From Candidatus Omnitrophota bacterium (lineage in GTDB: Bacteria; Omnitrophota; Gorgyraeia; Gygaellales; Profunditerraquicolaceae): a stretch of DNA of 49,001 nt. The translations under genes and the position numbers were made by a program. Of the stretch, positions 1 to 8,287 are shown in pieces (position 1 is the stretch's first letter; each line of letters starts with the position of its first letter). The notes beneath the pieces are model-generated. The model was given only the letters and a program-made list of their open reading frames with translations, had not been told where the DNA came from and did not search any database. The stretch is from the NCBI GenBank assembly GCA_028710685.1, contig JAQTTQ010000003.1, positions 1 to 49,001 on the forward strand, written 5' to 3'.

Positions 1-753
1 CTCAAACTCACACCAATCAGCTACTACATTAACCTTATCCCCTCCCTTTATAGTGCCCACATTGGCTGTCGGAGGTTTCAAATATTTATTCTTCCTGTAA
101 ATAAATCTATGGTTCTTTATATCACGGATAACTTCGGCAGCTATATCTATGGCATTTATCCCCTGCTCAGGATAAGCCCCGTGGGCCTTTTTACCCCTTA
201 AGCTTACCTTTAGATGAATTAACCCTTTTTGCGCAACAATAATCTGGAAATCATCAGCGTCTAGGACTACGGCGGCATCAGGCTTTAATATCCCTTTATC
301 TAAAAGAGGAATGAGGCCTAACTGCGAACCCGATTCTTCATCTGCCGTAGCCGCGAGAATAAGATTATACGGCAAAAATGATTTTTCTTCAACTATGCTA
401 TGAACCGCCTCTATAAGCGCAGCAAGGTTACACTTACAATCTGTAGCCCCTAGGCCGTAAATCCTTCCCTTAACTACCTTTGCCTCAAAGGGATTCATCC
501 TCCAGCTGCTTCCGGAGGGAACCGTATCTAAATGCGGGGTTAGGAGTAGTGAATGACCAGCCTTGCTTCCGTTAAGGCTAGCTACGATATTAGAGCGTCT
601 GGGCTTAAACTCATATATCTTCACCTTTAGCCCTAGACCCTTCAGGTAATTCCTGACAAATAAAGCTATGCCCCGCTCGTTTCCCGGAGGGTTTTGCGAG
701 TCAATGCGTATTAAATCCTGCGTGAGTTTTATTAAGCGTCTTAAGTTTATCAC
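1..753 (-). CDS. M20 family metallopeptidase (ArgE/DapE-like), C-terminus runs off the window
   Basis: Not in the ORF track; translated by hand from GTG at 753 (GTGA overlap with the upstream stop): MINLRRLIKLTQDLIRIDSQNPPGNE...HLDTVP...GATDCK...ADEESG...AHGAYP...TANVGTIKGGDKVNVVADWCEFE. Contains M20 metal-binding and dimerisation motifs; open to base 1. Confidence 0.85.
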   Translation of the reverse strand, partial: MINLRRLIKLTQDLIRIDSQNPPGNERGIALFVRNYLKGLGLKVKIYEFKPRRSNIVASLNGSKAGHSLLLTPHLDTVPSGSSWRMNPFEAKVVKGRIYGLGATDCKCNLAALIEAVHSIVEEKSFLPYNLILAATADEESGSQLGLIPLLDKGILKPDAAVVLDADDFQIIVAQKGLIHLKVSLRGKKAHGAYPEQGINAIDIAAEVIRDIKNHRFIYRKNKYLKPPTANVGTIKGGDKVNVVADWCEFE

Positions 754-1388
754 TTTAATCTAAGCGGACAGGTAAGGCATCTTGGCTTAACCTTCAGGCA
801 AAAATCTTTACCCAGCTTTACTAAAAGCGCGTGGTACTCATTAAATAACCTTGCGTCTTTTTTTAATCCTAACATAAAAAGCTTCTGTACTCCATCATAA
901 TCCATCCCTTCCCCTATTATGCCGTGGCGCGATAGAATCCTCTTTGTATAGGCATCCACAACAAAGACTGGCTTGCCTAAACCGTAAAGAAGGATGGAAT
1001 CTGCGGTTTCAGGCCCAATTCCGTTGACCCCAAGCAGCTCTTGCCGTAAGGCCTTGGCCTCAACTAAGGCCATCTTTCCGACATTCCCTTGATAACGCTG
1101 GATAAAAAATCTTAATAAATTCTTTAAACGCTTTGCCTTTAGATTATAATACCCGGCCGGCCGAATAAGCTTAGCTAATCTTGCGTTCTTTAAACTATAA
1201 AGCTTTTTAGGTTTAAGGAGGCCTTTATCCTTCAGGTTGCCTATTGCCTTTTCCACGTTAGGCCAGCTAGTATTCTGGGTCAGGACCGCCCCAACCATAA
1301 CCTCAAACCGGCTTTGCGCTGGCCACCACTGCTGCGGGCCAAAATAAGAATAAAGCCTGCGGTAAATTCCGGATAAACTCTTTTTCAA
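750..1388 (-). CDS. Endonuclease III-related HhH-GPD DNA glycosylase (COG2231-like)
   Basis: WWP...GAVLTQNTSW N-terminus, HhH GIGPETADSILLY, VVDAY Asp, C-terminal CX6CX2C cluster. Confidence 0.85.
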   Translation of the reverse strand: MKKSLSGIYRRLYSYFGPQQWWPAQSRFEVMVGAVLTQNTSWPNVEKAIGNLKDKGLLKPKKLYSLKNARLAKLIRPAGYYNLKAKRLKNLLRFFIQRYQGNVGKMALVEAKALRQELLGVNGIGPETADSILLYGLGKPVFVVDAYTKRILSRHGIIGEGMDYDGVQKLFMLGLKKDARLFNEYHALLVKLGKDFCLKVKPRCLTCPLRLK

Positions 1389-3337
1389 TCTTTAAATGCC
1401 AGCGGATTATAATTATAGTATGCAAAAATAGTATAAGCTGTCCCGGCAAGAGAGCCCGTAGACCTGCCTTTAGGAGTAAACCATCCATGCCCGGTATCCA
1501 CAAACTCCGAAGTAGCATAAGGAAGACAGCTCTCCCCCTGGCCCGAGGGAGAAGGGCTGGATATTATCATATTCCCCAAAGAAGAAAGGTACTCTTTTGC
1601 TTGGGCCCTGTATGCGCCTGCCCGCTCTAGATTGCCTCTTTTCGAATAAAAACCTTCCATGATCTTGAAAGATATCACCATTTGCGCAGTCCATTCAGAA
1701 GAAACTACTCCGCCACGAGCAACATGTTTTTGCGGGGCAAAATCAAAACCCTTAACCTTGACCCTATTCCCCTCAGGACGCAGGTATTCAACCTCTACCG
1801 CGCAATTCGATACCGCAAAATCCATAATGCCGTCGGGATCCATCCCCAAAACCTCCAGCTTATCCGGGCCTATAGCCGCAATTGACCAGGCATAAGTATC
1901 GGTGGCAATAGTAGAATCACCCCTTCCCCTTTTAATCGGCACATCAACTTTATCGTACGCATGTTTTATCAACCAACTCAATACCAGGCCCCGGGAATCT
2001 GCGTATTTCTTTTTACCGGTAATTTCATAAAGCATATTCAAGAAAGCATAGGCATCAAGGTTATGTTCGGTAGAATACCAGGTAACATGCGGCCCGCCTC
2101 TTAGCCCGCCCTCTCTATCCTGTTTCTGCAGTTGAATAATTGCATCCGCGATACCCTCTGCCAAAGGCAGATATTTCAAGTCTGAAGTCCTGTGGATATA
2201 TTGAGCTGCGGCAATCCCTATCCATATATTCGGTCCGCTATGCAGAATGTATTCGGAGACCTCCCCGTCCAAGGCATAATAGGCATTAAAAAACAGGCCT
2301 TCTTCTTTTTTCGCCTGGTAAAGAAAAAAATCTAGTATTTTTTGCGCGGACCCTAAATCAGAATAATACAAATAAGCCTGTGCAGCCAAAGATTGGTCAT
2401 AAATAAACGACCATCCCTTAATATCGCTGTCCCCCTCAAAGCTTATCACTAAACCTGTCCGCGGATTCTGATGCACCTTTACCCAGCGGTACATCTTATC
2501 TACATTTGCCTTTTCTAAGGTTAGTTTAATCCTGTCCAGGCGCAAGAGCTCCTCTTTAACAAGGCTTTCTTTTGCCCTTGCCAAAGAAAGCGTCTCTTCC
2601 AGGGTATTTTTTTCTTCGCTAAGCTTTTGGATCAGGTTATTTAAACTGTCCAGCTTATTTAAATACTCCTGAGAGCTAACCTTCTCTTTTTCGCTTAACC
2701 TTAATTTTTCCTCTTCGGCGGAATTAATCTGCGATATCAGATTTTCTATATTCTTATGGAGCCCTTCAGCCTCGCCCTGTATCCGGACTATCTCTTTCTT
2801 AGCAACACCTGCCTCCTGTATAACGCTTACTAATTTACGGACAAGCTCCTTATTAGCCTGGGTTAGCCTGAGGTTGATTAAGCCATTCACCCCTAATAGC
2901 AAAGAAAAGATAACTATTAACCCTATGCCCAAAGGTATTAATATTTTCCTGCCCCAGGCATAGCGCATAATCTTATTAATATACTTCTTATCCATATCCT
3001 CGTAGCAGAGTCCAATCAGATACTTATCCTTTCCGCCGCCGGCATTTTGCACCCAGGCTATCCTTGCGCGGGCAGCTACCGGCTTAGGGATAAAAGGAAG
3101 TTCCATCTCTAAAGAAATTAATGCCTGGCGACTCTTAATAATCTCAGCGGAATTCTCTCCTAAATTACCGATAGAAAGACAGAGCCCTCCGCGGCTTACA
3201 TTATTGGTAAAACCCTGGAGCCAACCGGAGAGCAACTGATTGCCTTCGAGACTTACCAACCGTATCTGCACCGGGAATACCGTATCCAAGCGCACATATT
3301 TGCGCTGTTCTTCGTTTAAGTATTTTTGCTTACCCAT
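1385..3337 (-). CDS. PilZ-domain, single-TM, coiled-coil protein with C-terminal putative six-hairpin glycosidase-like domain
   Basis: RKYVR (RxxxR) and NVSRGG (NxSxxG) PilZ motifs; hydrophobic helix ILIPLGIGLIVIFSLLLGV; E/K/L-rich heptad region; helical C-terminal domain with YDQ, GPNIW, STEHN, TDTYAW and SEWT motifs. PilZ is well supported; the C-terminal fold is inferred. Confidence 0.6.
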   Translation of the reverse strand: MGKQKYLNEEQRKYVRLDTVFPVQIRLVSLEGNQLLSGWLQGFTNNVSRGGLCLSIGNLGENSAEIIKSRQALISLEMELPFIPKPVAARARIAWVQNAGGGKDKYLIGLCYEDMDKKYINKIMRYAWGRKILIPLGIGLIVIFSLLLGVNGLINLRLTQANKELVRKLVSVIQEAGVAKKEIVRIQGEAEGLHKNIENLISQINSAEEEKLRLSEKEKVSSQEYLNKLDSLNNLIQKLSEEKNTLEETLSLARAKESLVKEELLRLDRIKLTLEKANVDKMYRWVKVHQNPRTGLVISFEGDSDIKGWSFIYDQSLAAQAYLYYSDLGSAQKILDFFLYQAKKEEGLFFNAYYALDGEVSEYILHSGPNIWIGIAAAQYIHRTSDLKYLPLAEGIADAIIQLQKQDREGGLRGGPHVTWYSTEHNLDAYAFLNMLYEITGKKKYADSRGLVLSWLIKHAYDKVDVPIKRGRGDSTIATDTYAWSIAAIGPDKLEVLGMDPDGIMDFAVSNCAVEVEYLRPEGNRVKVKGFDFAPQKHVARGGVVSSEWTAQMVISFKIMEGFYSKRGNLERAGAYRAQAKEYLSSLGNMIISSPSPSGQGESCLPYATSEFVDTGHGWFTPKGRSTGSLAGTAYTIFAYYNYNPLAFKD

Positions 3338-3338
3338 A

Positions 3339-5714
3339 TTACCTTACCTTCTCTAAGACTATCCTCTGCTTAATGGAACGGGCGAGATTTTCCATAAAAC
3401 CCTTAAACTCCGCATATTCTTCCTGAAGGACTTTATCTTTTTTGCCGTAATTTACCTGCCTTAAAAGTATTCTATTATCTTCAAATGAATATGCCTGGCT
3501 AAAGCTAAGCCAGGGACTTTCAAATTCTATATTATCCGGCATATATTTTACCACAAAATCATCCGGAAGATAAACCTCTAGCAGAAATTCTCTCTTCTCC
3601 AGCAGACCGAAATCAACCGGATATTTACGGCTCTCCTTAGCAGCAAGGGAGGTATCAATACTGGTTAGCTGCGGCATAATCCTTAAAAAACCGGCATTAG
3701 TAAAATATTCCGGGCCCTTAAAACTATAGCTTAATACGACCGGGATATTCAGATTATTCAAATTATCAATTTTATAACTATTAAGCCTTGCCCCTATCGA
3801 AACATTCTGAATTATATTCTTTAGCGTATCCTGGACTAATTCCGGCTGGGTGTAAAGCAGCCAGTAGCGCTGGCCTTGATCATAGACCCCAAAGGTAAAA
3901 TTAATTTTCTCTGCGGATATAGATTCATCGCTATTAACTTTAATCTTTAGCTTTTGCCTGATCAAATTATGCTCCGGTGGGTTAAGCGGTATTTCTTCTA
4001 TGGAATACCCCTCATCCTTAAATACCAAAACCCTGCGCCCCTGGTCTGATGAGGGCAGGTCGCCGAAAGAACAGGTCTCAGCGGTAGGATCAAGAAAAAC
4101 CGGCTTACCCTCCAGATATACGACGGCAATACAGTGATTAAATATACCCGAAGGAAAATCCTCATTCATGTTATAGTAACTCTTAGTAGCAATAAGTACC
4201 GGATAGGCCTTAAGATCGGCCTCCCTGAGCATAGTAACCAATAATATCGACTGATCCTTGCAATCCCCGTACTTATTCCTGAAGATATCTGCGGCTAAAT
4301 GAGGCTCATATCCTGCCTGGCCGTAAGCAACGGCAACATAGCGTATCTCTTTAGCGCAAAAGTTATATATTGCACGGGCCTTCTCCAAATCAGAATCCCT
4401 GCCCTTAATCAACCCCTTTACGGCATTCTTTATCTGGCTATCCGCCTTCATCTTATCTTTTGAGAGGCCCCTCCACCAGCCATACACCTGCTGCCAATCA
4501 GTAAAGGTAGATAAAAGTATCGTGGGGTTAATTTCAACATCCGCAGGCATATTCTGTTCCGGGATGATCTGAGGGATATTCTTAAACTTCCAGGAATAAA
4601 TCTTTTTTTCCTTTTTCCGGGTTTTATCCGGAATAAGGGATGCAGAAAAATTATTATACTCTTGATTAATAAGCTTTAGCCTTAGGTCTTTATCTTGGGG
4701 TAAAACAAGATTAAACTCTGCCGAGATAATCGGCTCGTAACCCTGGAGAGGATAACTTAAAAAGAAATCTTCTCGGTTTACCAGCTGGCTGCGCTTAACC
4801 TTAACCTTATATTCTAAGACTGAGCCGGCTGCTACTTCAGGGAAGGAGATGATAAATACGCGGGCATTACTGTATAAAGGAAAATTGAGGTACTTTGAAA
4901 CATCCCGGATATGCCGCGAGCCGACATAGGCAACGCTTCCGTCGGGCTTAATAGTGCGGGCAAAAATTAACTCTATCTTCTCAAAAGTAGAATCATATTC
5001 AATGGAGGATTCCGCAAAGCTTTCCTTCCCCCGCTCGTTTAAGATCTTAACCAGATAATGCATACTGGAACTGACGGTATTCTCGGCAGTTATCTCTATA
5101 TCTTCCCTTGCCAAAAGTACCAGCGCGCCTGCTTGAGGATAACGCCTTGCATCAGGAGAAGCAGATATAATTTTAGCAATCGCAGGATCTTCTTTTTTTA
5201 TATTTACAACTGCGCCCTTCCTTTCAATCCCCTCCATCCTTAAATTAACCCTATTTACAAACTCACCCCCCTTAATACCCCTGTAGGCCTTAAGCGCCTG
5301 GTCAAAAAGGTTTAGCCGCTCGCAGGTCAGCCCATAGTAATAACGGGATTCATCGTCAGGAAGAGCCATCTTGTTAAAAACTTCTAGGGCATCGGTATAA
5401 TTACCCAAATGATAGAAAGATAAAGCCAGAAACTTGCTTGCCGAAGGATGATCAGACTCTTTTAAGGCCTCCACTGCCAAGCTATATTCTCCCCGGTCAA
5501 AATAAAGCCTGCCTAACCCAAAATAGAGAGGCGCAGCATCCTTTGACTCAAGGATTAATTTTTTATAGAGGGTTTGGGCCTTCCTGAAATAAAAATCTGA
5601 CTGCTTAACATATTCCTGCGGGTCTTCTTGGGCAATAGACAATCCTAAGCCCAGGGCAAGCGTTAAAGCCGAAATGAAAATAATTATCTTATTTCTACCG
5701 CACATAGAGGCCAT
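3339..5714 (-). CDS. Exported TPR + DUF3857 + transglutaminase-like (+ DUF3858-like) protein
   Basis: N-terminal signal/TM segment, TPR-like repeats (YFGLGRLY, YYYGLTCE), FPEVAAGSVLEY (DUF3857), and GDCKDQS, FNHCI, LDPT triad motifs. Confidence 0.8.
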   Translation of the reverse strand: MASMCGRNKIIIFISALTLALGLGLSIAQEDPQEYVKQSDFYFRKAQTLYKKLILESKDAAPLYFGLGRLYFDRGEYSLAVEALKESDHPSASKFLALSFYHLGNYTDALEVFNKMALPDDESRYYYGLTCERLNLFDQALKAYRGIKGGEFVNRVNLRMEGIERKGAVVNIKKEDPAIAKIISASPDARRYPQAGALVLLAREDIEITAENTVSSSMHYLVKILNERGKESFAESSIEYDSTFEKIELIFARTIKPDGSVAYVGSRHIRDVSKYLNFPLYSNARVFIISFPEVAAGSVLEYKVKVKRSQLVNREDFFLSYPLQGYEPIISAEFNLVLPQDKDLRLKLINQEYNNFSASLIPDKTRKKEKKIYSWKFKNIPQIIPEQNMPADVEINPTILLSTFTDWQQVYGWWRGLSKDKMKADSQIKNAVKGLIKGRDSDLEKARAIYNFCAKEIRYVAVAYGQAGYEPHLAADIFRNKYGDCKDQSILLVTMLREADLKAYPVLIATKSYYNMNEDFPSGIFNHCIAVVYLEGKPVFLDPTAETCSFGDLPSSDQGRRVLVFKDEGYSIEEIPLNPPEHNLIRQKLKIKVNSDESISAEKINFTFGVYDQGQRYWLLYTQPELVQDTLKNIIQNVSIGARLNSYKIDNLNNLNIPVVLSYSFKGPEYFTNAGFLRIMPQLTSIDTSLAAKESRKYPVDFGLLEKREFLLEVYLPDDFVVKYMPDNIEFESPWLSFSQAYSFEDNRILLRQVNYGKKDKVLQEEYAEFKGFMENLARSIKQRIVLEKVR

Positions 5715-5718
5715 GAGA

Positions 5719-6327
5719 CTATTTTACATCAATAATACCCATATTAATAATCTTTTCTAAGGTAATCCGGCAGCCTGCCCTTGTTTCTATAATTGCCTTA
5801 AGACGGTTAAAAACCTTAAGGGTAAGCTCCACGTCACAAAGCGCCCTGTGGGATTGTTTGATCTTTATCCCCAGCCTCAAGGCAACAGCTGCGAGAGAAT
5901 AGCTTTCCAGGGCTGGCAGGGCATGACGTGCTATCCGTAGGATATCCAATACTATAATCCCCCTCACCCCTTCTCTACCCAGAAGCCTTAATTCATTATT
6001 TAAAAATCCCAGATCAAACCCGGCATTATAAGAGCAGAGGATACTCTCTTTTATAAAGTCCAGAAAGCCAGGTATTACCTCACCGGGAGGCGGAGCCGAT
6101 AAAAGCATCTCCTCGCTGATTTTATTAACGCTAAATGCCTGAGGGGAAACAGGCCGGCCGGGGTTAACCAAGCTATCAAAAGAGCACAGACTTTCCTCCC
6201 CCTTAAATCTTACCGCGGCCAATTCAACAACCCTATCTCCGGATTTGTAGTCTAAGCCCGTAGTCTCGGTATCAAAAATTGTAAACTCTGCCTTGTCGAT
6301 AGGGTTATCCATTATTTTTTCTCGCAA
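5719..6327 (-). CDS. DEDDh 3'-5' exonuclease (DnaQ/PolC epsilon-like)
   Basis: FDTETTG (ExoI), NAGFD (ExoII), HRALCD (ExoIII). Confidence 0.85.
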   Translation of the reverse strand: MREKIMDNPIDKAEFTIFDTETTGLDYKSGDRVVELAAVRFKGEESLCSFDSLVNPGRPVSPQAFSVNKISEEMLLSAPPPGEVIPGFLDFIKESILCSYNAGFDLGFLNNELRLLGREGVRGIIVLDILRIARHALPALESYSLAAVALRLGIKIKQSHRALCDVELTLKVFNRLKAIIETRAGCRITLEKIINMGIIDVK

Positions 6328-7204
6328 TATAGGCGGGTATCAAATATTCCGGGTGGTAGGATAATTTTACTTTCTTTAAATTCTCTAAACATGAATCATC
6401 CATAATATTTATATACCGATACCCCTTTAATTCGCCGCAGAAACAAGAAAAGATAAACTGGGCCAAACCCTTGTATGTTAAGTCGGTTATTTCATAAAGT
6501 ATACAGAAACTTTCTTTATTTATCTCAAACCCGAAAGTAAAGGCCTTGACCTTATCTTCCACCATAACCAGCACCCCCTTAAAACCCAAGTCAGAATAAT
6601 GATCCAACGCCTCTTCTAAGGCAATGCGGCTGTCCTCAATCAAGGCCTGATAAAAGTGATCTAAGTTGCCTTTTTTACGCTGGCCTGCCCAGAGAGAATA
6701 CAATTCAAGGCATTCTCTGCGGTCCTTTAAAGAAATAGCCCGGTATGAATATTTGAAGTTCTTTTTAAAATAATTACAGCTGGCCCGCTTTGATTTAAAC
6801 CTGTTCCCCTGCAAGGATTCTAATTCAGTGCGCAGGCAGAGGTAATCATGGGATTTCAGGCTGCAATCAAAACCTAGCCCGCGGTAGAACCTTAAATCTT
6901 TTGCTTCAATATTCTCGATGTGTGCAAATCCAGGGTTTAAGTTCAGCTTTATAAGTACCTCAAAAACCTTTTTCACTACCCTAGGGTCGCATTCTACAGC
7001 CAGAGGGGATAAATATAGGAAGGCGCCGATTTTATCCTTAAAAAAAACGCAAAGGCTTTTTCTTATAATTACCCAGCGTATATCAAAGAATTTATTCCAG
7101 ATATAAATATTGGCAAAGGCATAAGCAGATAAGCCGTGGGGTTTTAATCTAAGATATTTATCGAATATCTTTTTATCGCCAATGGATAATTTATTTAGAA
7201 TCAT
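6305..7204 (-). CDS. DUF2156 / aminoacyl-phosphatidylglycerol synthase C-terminal-like (tandem GNAT) soluble protein
   Basis: FQGNRFKSKR-like segment, GLAQFI, YINIMDDSCLENLKKVKLSYHP matching the YINREEDLG...LRKAKLSYHP pattern; no TM domain. Confidence 0.7.
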   Translation of the reverse strand: MILNKLSIGDKKIFDKYLRLKPHGLSAYAFANIYIWNKFFDIRWVIIRKSLCVFFKDKIGAFLYLSPLAVECDPRVVKKVFEVLIKLNLNPGFAHIENIEAKDLRFYRGLGFDCSLKSHDYLCLRTELESLQGNRFKSKRASCNYFKKNFKYSYRAISLKDRRECLELYSLWAGQRKKGNLDHFYQALIEDSRIALEEALDHYSDLGFKGVLVMVEDKVKAFTFGFEINKESFCILYEITDLTYKGLAQFIFSCFCGELKGYRYINIMDDSCLENLKKVKLSYHPEYLIPAYIARKNNG

Positions 7205-7700
7205 CTCCTAATCCCAGCTCTACCACATCCTTGACATCTTCATATGCCTGAAGTATATGCGGGTTATCTCTTAAGGTACACAGCTGCCTGGGGGCATTAA
7301 GGTATTTAGTCAAATAACCGATATACTCGTTAAATGCCGGCGTATTTATATTCTCCTTAATATAAGGGCAGTTTAAATCTACTGTAAGCAGGACCCTTTT
7401 ATTGCGCAGGCTTAAAAGGAAGGGGTAGAGTTGGCATTCAAAAGGCCGCAAATGATAGATGCGGCATTTATTTTCTTGAGGGCTAAGAAAGGGACATAAG
7501 AAACCATCGCCCTCCCCTGAGGGTATTAGCTGCAATTTACGATTCATAGAAAGAGAGGCGGCGGGAATACCCTCTTTATCTATTAAACCTAAAACCTCTT
7601 CGTCTAAGAGGCAGGGAGACCATACTGAATCCGCCTCTTTAAACCTGCAGCAACCCTGGCATTTTAGGCAGGCCTCACTTGGGACAAACTGTTTAATCAT
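7191..7700 (-). CDS. YkgJ family cysteine-cluster (Zn/Fe-S) protein
   Basis: CLKCQGCC, CPFL, CRIYHLRPFECQLYPF. Confidence 0.8.
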   Translation of the reverse strand: MIKQFVPSEACLKCQGCCRFKEADSVWSPCLLDEEVLGLIDKEGIPAASLSMNRKLQLIPSGEGDGFLCPFLSPQENKCRIYHLRPFECQLYPFLLSLRNKRVLLTVDLNCPYIKENINTPAFNEYIGYLTKYLNAPRQLCTLRDNPHILQAYEDVKDVVELGLGDDSK

Positions 7701-8017
7701 TTAACTATGCTTCCTAACCTTAACGGTTTATCGGGGCTAACAATAGCTATCCCCGATTCGTCAGAACCGGCCAGTACCATCCCCTGGCTCTCTACTCCCC
7801 TTATTAATGCAGGCTCCAGGTTATCTACTAATACAACATATTTACCCAGCAGCGTTTCTCTGGTATAGCCGCTTTTTATACCTGCGACAACCTGTTTAAG
7901 TTTATCCCCGGCATCCAAAGTCAACACTAAAAGCTTGTCCGCGTTAGGATGATCATTGACCTCTTTAACTTGAGCCACCCTTAGCTCTATCTTCCTGAAA
8001 TCCTCAATCGTAGCCAT
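7697..8017 (-). CDS. Stand-alone tRNA-binding OB-fold protein (MetRS C-terminal / Trbp111 / CsaA-like)
   Basis: IEDFRKIELRVA, HPNADKLL, QVVAGI, NLEPALIRGVESQGMVLA; SD AGGAGG upstream. Confidence 0.85.
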   Translation of the reverse strand: MATIEDFRKIELRVAQVKEVNDHPNADKLLVLTLDAGDKLKQVVAGIKSGYTRETLLGKYVVLVDNLEPALIRGVESQGMVLAGSDESGIAIVSPDKPLRLGSIVK

Positions 8018-8040
8018 ATTCCCTCCTATTATTTATAAAT

Positions 8041-8049
8041 ATTATATCA
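8041..8049 (-). promoter_or_regulatory. Putative extended -10 promoter for the 8017-to-1 operon
   Basis: Minus strand reads TGATATAAT (TGn + TATAAT) about 24 nt upstream of the ATG at 8017; no clear -35. Confidence 0.5.
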
Positions 8050-8052
8050 CCG

Positions 8053-8085
8053 AAAATAAAAAACGCCGTAAGTTATTTACGGCGT
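8053..8085 (-). terminator. Intrinsic terminator downstream of tRNA-Asp
   Basis: 9-bp stem ACGCCGTAA/TTACGGCGT (8063-8071, 8077-8085) followed on the minus strand by TTTTTATTTT. Confidence 0.8.
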
Positions 8086-8095
8086 CTCAATTTGC

Positions 8096-8174
8096 TGGCG
8101 GGGCCGACGAGATTCGGACTCGCGATCTCCTCCGTGACAGGGAGGCGCTTTAAGCCAGGCTAAGCTACGACCCC
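8096..8174 (-). tRNA. tRNA-Asp(GTC)
   Basis: Cloverleaf GGGGTCG...CGGCCCC-G-CCA with anticodon loop CT-GTC-AC; CCA encoded; T-loop is TCCGAAT. Confidence 0.93.
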
Positions 8175-8186
8175 AAAAGTGAAATA

Positions 8187-8215
8187 ATTATACGGGTTTT
8201 TATTAAAGGCGTCAA
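8187..8215 (-). promoter_or_regulatory. Sigma70-type promoter of tRNA-Asp
   Basis: TTGACG-17 nt-TATAAT, ending 12 nt upstream of the tRNA. Confidence 0.75.
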
Positions 8216-8239
8216 GCCTTTTAAGCCTAACAATAACAG

Positions 8240-8267
8240 TTGCAAAGAATACTTTATCTGATACAAT
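8240..8267 (+). promoter_or_regulatory. Sigma70-type promoter of the TRL lipoprotein gene
   Basis: TTGCAA-16 nt-TACAAT with extended TG; SD AAGGAGG before the ATG at 8288. Confidence 0.65.
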
Positions 8268-8287
8268 ATTGAAGAAAGGAGGAGAAA

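Noticed and set aside
1303-1895. Short ORFs at 1303-1518, 1470-1694, 1659-1895 and 1682-1885
   Set aside because: They lie inside or antisense to the PilZ gene and have no recognisable motifs; shadow frames.
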